Source: Eledone cirrhosa
Taxonomy: Eukaryota
Direction: 5' to 3'
Assembly (NCBI GenBank): GCA_964016885.1
Contig: OZ024742.1
Location: forward strand, 167,896,001 to 167,960,000
Length of the DNA stretch: 64,000 nucleotides
The notes under the pieces were generated by a model. It worked only from the letters and a program-made list of their open reading frames with translations. It was not told the DNA's origin and did not search any database. The stretch's first letter is position 1. The number at the start of each line of letters is the position of its first letter. Made by a program: the position numbers and the translations under genes. Shown piece after piece: positions 1-10,800 of this stretch.

Positions 1-803
1 CTAAAATTCCTAAATTCCTAAAATTCCTAAAATTCCTAAAACTCCAAAAATTCATAAAATTCATAAAATTCATAAAATTCATAAAATTCATAAAATTCCT
101 AAAATTCCTAAAATTCATAAAATTACTAAAATTCATAAAATTCCTAAAAATTCATAAAATTCCTAAAATTCCTAAAATTCATAGACATTCCTAAAATTCC
201 TAAAATTCCTAAAATTCAAAAAATTCCTAAAATTCCTAAAATTCCTAAAATTCCTAAATTCCTAAATTCCTAAAATTACTAAAATTCATAAAATTCATAA
301 AATTTATAAAATTCCTAAAATTACTAAAATTCCTAAAATTTATAAAATTCCTAAAATTACTAAAATTCGTAAAATTCCTAAAATTCATAAAATTCCTAAA
401 ATTCCTCAAATTCCAAAATTCATAAAATTAAAATTTCTAAAATTCAAAAAGTTCGTAAAATTCCTAAGATTCCTAAAATTCCTAAAATTCTAAAAATTCA
501 TAAAACTCATAAAATTCATAAAAATTCCTAAAATTCATAAAATTCCTAAAATTCATAAAATTCTTAAATTTCATAAAATTCATAAAATTCATAAAATTCA
601 TAAGATTCCTAAAATTCCTCAAATTTATATAATTCATAAAATTCCTAAAACTCATAAAATTCATAAAAATTCCTAAAATTCATAAAATTCCTAAAATTCA
701 TAAAATTCATAAAATTCATAAAATTCATAAAATTACTAAAATTCATAAAATCCTAAAAATTCAAAAAATTACGAAAATTCCAAAAAAATTACTAAAATTC
801 CTA

Positions 804-844
804 AAATTCAAGAAATTCAAAAAATTCCTAAAATTCTTGAATTT
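804..844. other. HOR landmark 11-bp perfect inverted repeat AAATTCAAGAA-N19-TTCTTGAATTT (first copy)
   Basis: 804-814 is the reverse complement of 834-844. The motif recurs about once per HOR, e.g. near 2385, 5775, 7950, 9450, 12255, 14950 and onward to 63964. Confidence 0.88.
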
Positions 845-1082
845 CATAAAATTCCTAAAATTCCTAAAATTCCTAAGATTCCTAAAATTCCTAAAATTTA
901 TATAATTCATAAAATTCAGAAAATTCCTAAAAATTCATAAAATTCAAAATATTCCTAAAATTCCAAAAATTCCTAAAATTACTAAAATTCCGAAAATTCT
1001 TAAAATTCCTAAAATTCCTAAAATTCCTAAAATTCCAAAAATTCCTAAAATTCATAAAATTCCTAAAATTCCTAAAATTCAT

Positions 1083-1097
1083 AACATTTCTAATGTT
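1083..1097. other. HOR landmark inverted repeat AACATT-TCT-AATGTT (first of ~21 copies)
   Basis: Copies start at 1083, 2492, 6045, 9710, 12489, 15232, 19434, 22020, 24383, 26626, 27467, 30231, 33020, 37245, 40023, 42766, 47488, 50277, 54512, 59973 and 61320. A one-mismatch version lies at 3324. Confidence 0.9.
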
Positions 1098-1819
1098 CCT
1101 AAAATTCATAAAATTCCTAAAATTCATAAAATTCCTAAAATTCCTAAAATTCAAAAAATTCATAAAAATCCTAAAATTCAAAAAATTCATAAAAATCCTA
1201 AAATTCATAAAATTCATAAAATTCATAAAATTCATAAAATTCCTAAAATTCATAAAATTACTAAAATTCATAAAATCCTAAAAATTCATAAAATTCCGAA
1301 AATTCCTAAAATTCCTAAAAATTCATAAAATTCCGAAAATTCCAAAAAATTCCTAAAATTCCTAAAATTCCTAAAATTCCAAAAATTCATAAAATTCATA
1401 AAATTCTTAAAATTCCTAAAATTCCTAAAATTCCTAAAATTCCTAAAATTCCTAAAATTCATAGAAATTCCTAAAATTCCTAAAATTCCTAAAATTCAAA
1501 AGATTCCTAAAATTCCTAAAATTCCTAAAATTCCTAAATTCCTAAAATTCCTAAAATTTATAAAATTCATAAAATTACTAAAATTAGTAAAATTTTAAAT
1601 TTCATAAAATTCATAAAATTCATAAAATTCCTAAAAATTCATAAAATTACGAAAATTCGGAAAAATTCCTAAAATTACTAAAATTCAAAAAATTCAAAAA
1701 ATTCCTAAGATTCTTAAATTTCATAAAATTCATAAAATTCATAAAATTCCTAAGATTCCTAAAATTCCTAAAATTTATAATTCATAAAATTCATAAAATT
1801 CATAAAATTCCTAAGATTC

Positions 1820-4800
1820 CTAAAATTCCTAAAATTCCTAAATTTCATAAAATTTATAAAATTCCTAAAATTACTAAAATTTATAATTCATAAAATTCCT
1901 AAAATTCATAAAATTTATAAAATTCCTAAAATTACTAAAATTCGTAAAATTCCTAAAATTCATAAAATTCCAGAAAATTCCTCAAATTCCAAAAATTCAT
2001 AAAATTAATAAAATTCCTAAAATTCAAAAAGTTCATAAAATTCCTAAAATTCCTAAAATTCCTAAAATTCCAAAAATTCATAAAATTCATAAAATTCCTA
2101 AAAATTCATAAAATTCCAAGAAATTCAAAAAATTCCTAAAATTCATAAAATTCTTAAAATTCCTAAAATTCCTAAAATTCCTAAAATTCCAAAAGTTCCA
2201 AAAATTCCTAAAATTATTAAAATTCCGAAAATTCATAAAATTCATAAAATTCATAAAATTCCTAAAATTCATTAAATTCCTAAAATTCATAAAATTCCTA
2301 AAATTCATAAAATTCATAAAATTCATAAAATTCATAAAAATTCAAAAAATTACGAAAATTCCAAAAAAATTACTAAAATTCCTAAAATTCAAGAAATTCA
2401 AAAAATTCCTAAAATTCTTGAATTTCATAAAATTCCTAAAATTCCAAAAATTCCTAAAATTCATAAAATTCCTAAAATTCCTAAAATTCATAACATTTCT
2501 AATGTTCCTAAAATTCATAAAATTCCAAAAATTCCTAAAATTCCTAAAATTCCTAAAATTCAAAAAATTCATAAAAATCCTAAAATTCAAAAAATTCATA
2601 AAAATCCTAAAATTCATAAAATTCATAAAATTCATAAAATTCCTAAAATTCATAAAATTCATAAAATTACTAAAATTCATAAAATTCCTAAAAATTCATA
2701 AAATTCCGAAAATTCCTAAAATTCCTAAAAATTCATAAAATTCCGAAAATTCCAAAAGATTCCTAAAATTCCTAAAATTCCTAAAATTCCAAAAATTCAT
2801 AAAATTCATAAAATTCTTAAAATTCCTAAAATTCCTAAAATTCCTAAAATTCCTAAAATTCCTAAAATTCATAGAAATTCCTAAAATTCCTAAAATTCCT
2901 AAAATTCAAAAAATTCCTAAAATTCCTAAAATTCCTAAAATTCCTAAATTCCTAAAATTCCTAAAATTTATAAAATTCATAAAATTACTAAAATTAGTAA
3001 AATTTTAAATTTCATAAAATTCATAAAATTCATAAAATTCCTAAAAATTCATAAAATTACGAAAATTCGGAAAAATTCCTAAAATTACTAAAATTCAAAA
3101 AATTCAAAAAATTCCTAAGATTCTTAAATTTCATAAAATTCATAAAATTCATAAAATTCATAAGATTCCTAAAATTCCTCAAATTTATATAATTCATAAA
3201 ATTCCTAAAATTCCTAAAATTTATAAAATTCCGAAAATTCTTAAAATTCCTAAAATTCCTAAAATTCCTAAAATTCCAAAAATTTCTAAAATTCATAAAA
3301 TTCCTAAAATTCCTAAAATTCATAACATTTCTAATTTTCCTAAAATTCATAAAATTCCAAAAATTCCTAAAATTCCTAAAATTCCTAAAATTCAAAAAAT
3401 TCATAAAAATCCTAAAATTCAAAAAATTCATAAAAATCCTAAAATTCATAAAATTCATAAAATTCATAAAATTCATAAAATTCCTAAAATTCATAAAATT
3501 ACTAAAATTCATAAAATTCCTAAAAATTCATAAAATTCCGAAAATTCCTAAAATTCCTAAAAATTCATAAAATTCCGAAAATTCCAAAAAATTCCTAAAA
3601 TTCCTAAAATTCCTAAAATTCCAAAAATTCATAAAATTCATAAAATTCTTAAAATTCCTAAAATTCCTAAAATTCCTAAAATTCTTAAAATTCCTAAAAT
3701 TCATAGAAATTCCTAAAATTCCTAAAATTCCTAAAATTCAAAAAATTCCTAAAATTCCTAAAATTCCTAAAATTCCTAAATTCCTAAAATTCCTAAAATT
3801 TATAAAATTCATAAAATTACTAAAATTAGTAAAATTTTAAATTTCATAAAATTCATAAAATTCATAAAATTCCTAAAAATTCATAAAATTACGAAAATTC
3901 GGAAAAATTCCTAAAATTACTAAAATTCAAAAAATTCAAAAAATTCCTAAGATTCTTTAATTTCATAAAATTCATAAAATTCATAAAATTCATAAGATTC
4001 CTAAAATTCCTCAAATTTATATAATTCATAAAATTCCTAAAATTCCTAAAATTTATAAAATTCCTAAAATTACTAAAATTCGAAAAATTCCTAAAATTCA
4101 TAAAATTCCTAAAATTCCTCAAATTCCAAAAATTCCTAAAATTAAAATTCCTAAAATTCAAAAAGTTCATAAAATTCCTAAGATTCCTAAAATTCCTAAA
4201 ATTCCAAAAATTCATAAAACTCATAAAATTCATAAAAATTCATAAAATTCCAAGAAATTCAAAAAAATCCTAAATTTCCTAAAATTCCTAAAATTCTTAA
4301 AATTCATAAAATTCCTAAAATTCCCAAAATTCCAAAAATTCCTAAAATTCCTAAAATTATTAAAATTCATAAAATTCCTAAAATTCATAAAATTCATAAA
4401 ATCTATAAAATTCCTAAAATTCCTAAGATTCCTAAAATTCCTAAAATTTATATAATTCATAAAATTCCTAAAATTCCTAAAATTTATAAAATTCCTAAAA
4501 TTACTAAAATTCGTAAAATTCCTAAAATTCATAAAATTCCTAAAATTCCTCAAATTCAAAAAAATTCATAAAATTAAAATTCCTAAAATTCAAAAAGTTC
4601 ATAAAATTCCTAAGATTCTTAAAATTCTTAAATTCCAAAAATTCCAAAAATTCATAAAATTCATAAAATTCATAAAAATTCATAAAATTCCAAGAAATTC
4701 AAAAAAATCCTAAATTTCCTAAAATTCCTAAAATTCTTAAAATTCCTAAAATTCCTAAAATTCCTAAATTCCTAAAATTCCTAAAATTCCTAAAACTCCA

Positions 4801-7800
4801 AAAATTCATAAAATTCATAAAATTCATAAAATTCATAAAATTCATAAAATTCCTAAAATTCCTAAAATTCATAAAATTACTAAAATTCATAAAATTCCTA
4901 AAAATTCATAAAATTCCTAAAATTCCTAAAATTCTAAAAATTCATAAAATTCATAAAATTCTTAAAATTTATAAAATTCCTAAAATTCCTAAAATTCCTA
5001 AAATTCATAGACATTCCTAAAATTCCTAAAATTCCTAAAATTCCTAAAATTCCTAAAATTCCTAAATTCCTAAATTCCTAAAATTACTAAAATTCATAAA
5101 AGTCATAAAATTTATAAAATTCCTAAAATTACTAAAATTCGTAAAATTTTAAATTTCATAAAATTCATAAAATTCATAAAATTCCTAAGATTCCTAAAAT
5201 TCCTAAAATTTATAATTCATAAAATTCCTAAATTTCATAAAATTTATAAAATTCCTAAAATTACTAAAATTTATAATTCATAAAATTCCTAAAATTCATA
5301 AAATTTATAAAATTCCTAAAATTACTAAAATTCGTAAAATTCCTAAAATTCATAAAATTCCAGAAAATTCCTCAAATTCCAAAAATTCATAAAATTAATA
5401 AAATTCCTAAAATTCAAAAAGTTCATAAAATTCCTAAAATTCCTAAAATTCCTAAAATTCCAAAAATTCATAAAATTCATAAAATTCATAAAATACCTAA
5501 AAATTCATAAAATTCCAAGAAATTCAAAAAATTCCTAAAATTCATAAAATTCTTAAAATTCCTAAAATTCCTAAAATTCCTAAAATTCCAAAAGTTCCAA
5601 AAATTCCTAAAATTATTAAAATTCCTAAAATTCATAAAATTCATAAAATTCATAAAATTCATTAAATTCCTAAAATTCATAAAATTCCTAAAATTCATAA
5701 AATTCATAAAATTCATAAAATTCATAAAAATTCAAAAAATTACGAAAATTCCAAAAAAATTACTAAAATTCCTAAAATTCAAGAAATTCAAAAAATTCCT
5801 AAAATTCTTGAATTTCATAAAATTCCTAAAATTCCTAAAATTCCTAAGATTCCTAAAATTCCTAAAATTTATATAATTCATAAAATTCGGAAAATTTTTA
5901 AAAATTCATAAAATTCAAAAAATTGCTAAAATTCCAAAAATTCCTAAAATTACTAAAATTCCGAAAATTCTTAAAATTCCTAAAATTCCTAAAATTCCAA
6001 AAATTCCTAAAATTCATAAAATTCCTAAAATTCCTAAAATTCATAACATTTCTAATGTTCCTAAAATTCATAAAATTCCAAAAATTCCTAAAATTCAAAA
6101 AATTCATAAAAATCCTAAAATTCAAAAAATTCATAAATATCCTAAAATTCATAAAATTCATAAAATTCATAAAATTCCTAAAATTCATAGAAATTCATAA
6201 AATTCCGAAAATTCCTAAAATTCCTAAAAATTCATAATATTCCGAAAATTCCAAAAAAATCCTAAAATTCCTAAAATTCCTAAAATTCCAAAAATTCATA
6301 AAATTCATAAAATTCTTAAAATTCCTAAAATTCCTAAAATTCTTAAAATTCCTAAAATTCCTAAAATTCATAGAAATTCCTAAAATTCCTAAAATTCCTA
6401 AAATTCATAGAAATTCCTAAAATTCCTAAAATTCCTAAAATTCAAAAAATTCCTAAAATTCCTAAAATTCCTAAAATTCCTAAATTCCTAAAATTCCTAA
6501 AATTACTAAAATTCCTAAAACTCCAAAAATTCATAAAATTCATAAAATTCATAAAATTCCTAAAATTCCTAAAATTCCTAAAATTCCTAAAATTCATAAA
6601 ATTACTAAAATTCATAAAATTCCTAAAATTTATAAAATTCCTAAAATCACTAAAATTCGTAAAATTCCTAAAATTCATAAAATTCCTAAAATTCCTCAAA
6701 TTAAAAAAAAATTCATAAAATTAAAATTCCTAAAATTCAAAAAGTTCATAAAATTCCTAAGATTCTTAAAATTCCTAAAATTCCAAAAATTCCAAAAATT
6801 CATAAAATTCATAAAATTCATAAAAATTCATAAAATTCCAAGAAATTCAAAAAAATCCTAAATTTCCTAAAATTCCTGAAATTCTTAAAATTCCTAAAAT
6901 TCATAAAATTCCGAAATTCCTAAAATTCCTAAAATTCCTAAAACTCCAAAAATTCATAAAATTCATAAAATTCATAAAATTCATAAAATTCCTAAAATTC
7001 CTAAAATTCCTAAAATTCATAAAATTACTAAAATTCATAAAATTCCTAAAAATTCATAAAATTCCTAAAATTCCTAAAATTCCAAAAATTCATAAAATTC
7101 ATAAAATTCTTAAAATTTCTAAAATTCCTAAAATTACTAAAATTCCTAAAATTCATAGACATTCCTAAAATTCCTAAAATTCCTAAAATTCAAAAAATTC
7201 CTAAAATTCCTAAAATTCCTAAAATTCCCAAATTCCTAAATTCCTAAAATTACTAAAATTCATAAAATTCATAAAATTTATAAAATTCCTAAAATTACTA
7301 AAATTCTTAAAATTTTAAATTTCATAAAATTCATAAAATTCATAAAATTCCTAAGATTCCTAAAATTCCTAAAATTTATAATTCATAAAATTCATAAAAT
7401 TCATAAAATTCCTAAGATTCCTAAAATTCCTAAAATTTATAATTCATAAAATTCCTAAATTTCATAAAATTTATAAAATTCCTAAAATTACTAAAATTTA
7501 TAATTCATAAAATTCATAAAATTCATAAAATTTATAAAATTCCTAAAATTACTAAAATTCGTAAAATTCCTAAAATTCATAAAATTCCAGAAAATTCCTC
7601 AAATTCCAAAAATTCATAAAATTAATAAAATTCCTAAAATTCAAAAAGTTCATAAAATTTCTAAAATTCCTAAAATTCCTAAAATTCCAAAAATTCATAA
7701 AATTCATAAAATTCATAAAATACCTAAAAATTCATAAAATTCCAAGAAATTCAAAAAATCCCTAAAATTCATAAAATTCTTAAAATTCCTAAAATTCCTA

Positions 7801-10800
7801 AAATTCCTAAAATTTCAAAAGTTCCAAAAATTCCTAAAATTATTAAAATTCATAAAATTCATAAAATTCATAAAATTCATAAAATTCATAAAATTCATAA
7901 ATATTCAAAAAATTACGAAAATTCCAAAAAAATTACTAAAATTCCTAAAATTCAAGAAATTCAAAAAATTCCTAAAATTCTTGAATTTCATAAAATTCCT
8001 AAAATTCCTAAAATTCCTAAGATTCCTAAAATTCCTAAAATTTATATAATTCATAAAATTCGGAAAATTTTTAAAAATTCATAAAATTCAAAAAATTCCT
8101 AAAATTCCAAAAATTCCTAAAATTACTAAAATTCCTAAAATTCATAAAATTCCTAAAATTCCTCAAATTCAAAAAAATTCATAAAATTAAAATTCCTAAA
8201 ATTCAAAAAGTTCATAAAATTCCTAAGATTCTTAAAATTCTTAAATTCCAAAAATTCCAAAAATTCATAAAATTCATAAAATTCATAAAAATTCATAAAA
8301 TTCCAAGAAATTCAAAAAAATCCTAAATTTCCTAAAATTCCTAAAATTCTTAAAATTCCTAAAATTCCTAAAATTCCTAAATTCCTAAAATTCCTAAAAT
8401 TCCTAAAACTCCAAAAATTCATAAAATTCATAAAATTCATAAAATTCATAAAATTCATAAAATTCCTAAAATTCCTAAAATTCATAAAATTACTAAAATT
8501 CATAAAATTCCTAAAAATTCATAAAATTCCTAAAATTCCTAAAATTCTAAAAATTCATAAAATTCATAAAATTCTTAAAATTTATAAAATTCCTAAAATT
8601 CCTAAAATTCCTAAAATTCATAGACATTCCTAAAATTCCTAAAATTCCTAAAATTCCTAAAATTCCTAAAATTCCTAAATTCCTAAATTCCTAAAATTAC
8701 TAAAATTCATAAAAGTCATAAAATTTATAAAATTCCTAAAATTACTAAAATTCGTAAAATTTTAAATTTCATAAAATTCATAAAATTCATAAAATTCCTA
8801 AGATTCCTAAAATTCCTAAAATTTATAATTCATAAAATTTATAAAATTCATAAAATTCCTAATATTCCTAAAATTCCTAAAATTTATAATTCATAAAATT
8901 CCTAAATTTCATAAAATTTATAAAATTCCTAAAATTACTAAAATTTATAATTCATAAAATTCCTAAAATTCATAAAATTTATAAAATTCCTAAAATTACT
9001 AAAATTCGTAAAATTCCTAAAATTCATAAAATTCCAGAAAATTCCTCAAATTCCAAAAATTCATAAAATTAATAAAATTCCTAAAATTCAAAAAGTTCAT
9101 AAAATTCCTAAAATTCCTAAAATTCCTAAAATTCCAAAAATTCATAAAATTCATAAAATTCATAAAATACCTAAAAATTCATAAAATTCCAAGAAATTCA
9201 AAAAATTCCTAAAATTCATAAAATTCTTAAAATTCCTAAAATTCCTAAAATTCCTAAAATTCCAAAAGTTCCAAAAATTCCTAAAATTATTAAAATTCCT
9301 AAAATTCATAAAATTCATAAAATTCATAAAATTCATTAAATTCCTAAAATTCATAAAATTCCTAAAATTCATAAAATTCATAAAATTCATAAAATTCATA
9401 AAAATTCAAAAAATTACGAAAATTCCAAAAAAATTACTAAAATTCCTAAAATTCAAGAAATTCAAAAAATTCCTAAAATTCTTGAATTTCATAAAATTCC
9501 TAAAATTCCTAAGATTCCTAAAATTCCTAAAATTTATATAATTCATAAAATTCGGAAAATTTTTAAAAATTCATAAAATTCAAAAAATTGCTAAAATTCC
9601 AAAAATTCCTAAAATTACTAAAATTCCGAAAATTCTTAAAATTCCTAAAATTCCTAAAATTCCAAAAATTCCTAAAATTCATAAAATTCCTAAAATTCCT
9701 AAAATTCATAACATTTCTAATGTTCCTAAAATTCATAAAATTCCAAAAATTCCTAAAATTCAAAAAATTCATAAAAATCCTAAAATTGAAAAAATTCATA
9801 AATATCCTAAAATTCATAAAATTCATAAAATTCATAAAATTCCTAAAATTCATAGAAATTCATAAAATTCCGAAAATTCCTAAAATTCCTAAAAATTCAT
9901 AATATTCCGAAAATTCCAAAAAAATCCTAAAATTCCTAAAATTCCTAAAATTCCAAAAATTCATAAAATTCATAAAATTCTTAAAATTCCTAAAATTCCT
10001 AAAATTCCTAAAATTCCTAAAATTCCTAAAATTCATAGAAATTCCTAAAATTCCTAAAATTCCTAAAATTCATAGAAATTCCTAAAATTCCTAAAATTCC
10101 TAAAATTCAAAAATTCCTAAAATTCCTAAAATTCCTAAATTCCTAAAATTCCTAAAATTTATAAAATTCATTTACTAAAATTAGTAAAATTTTAAATTTC
10201 ATAAAATTCATAAAATTCATAAAATTCCTAAAAATTCATAAAATTACGAAAATTCGGAAAAATTCCTAAAATTATTAAAATTCAAAAAATTCAAAAAATT
10301 CCTAAGATTCATAAATTTCATAAAATTCATAAGATTCCTAAAATTCCTCAAATTTATATAATTCATAAAATTCCTAAAATTCCTAAAATTTATAAAATTC
10401 CTAAAATTACTAAAATTCGTAAAATTCGTAAAATTCATAAAATTCCTAAAATTCCTCAAATTCCAAAAATTCATAAAATTAAAATTCCTAAAATTAAAAA
10501 AGTTCATAAAATTCCTAAGATTCCTAAAATTCCTAAAATTCCAAAAATTCATAAAACTCATAAAATTCATAAAAATTCATAAAATTCCAAGAAATTCAAA
10601 AAAATCCTAAATTTCCTAAAATTCCTAAAATTCTTAAAATTCATAAAATTCATAAAATTCCTAAAATTCTTAAAATTCTTAAAATTCCTAAAATTCCTAA
10701 AATTCCTAAAATTCCCAAAATTCCAAAAATTCCTAAAATTCCTAAAATTATTAAAATTCATAAAATTCATAAAATTCATAAAATCTATAAAATTCCTAAA

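Noticed and set aside
897-908. TATA-box or bacterial -10-like TATAAT / TATATAA motifs
   Set aside because: These are simple variants of the AT-rich monomer repeated in every HOR, with no downstream gene or other promoter elements.
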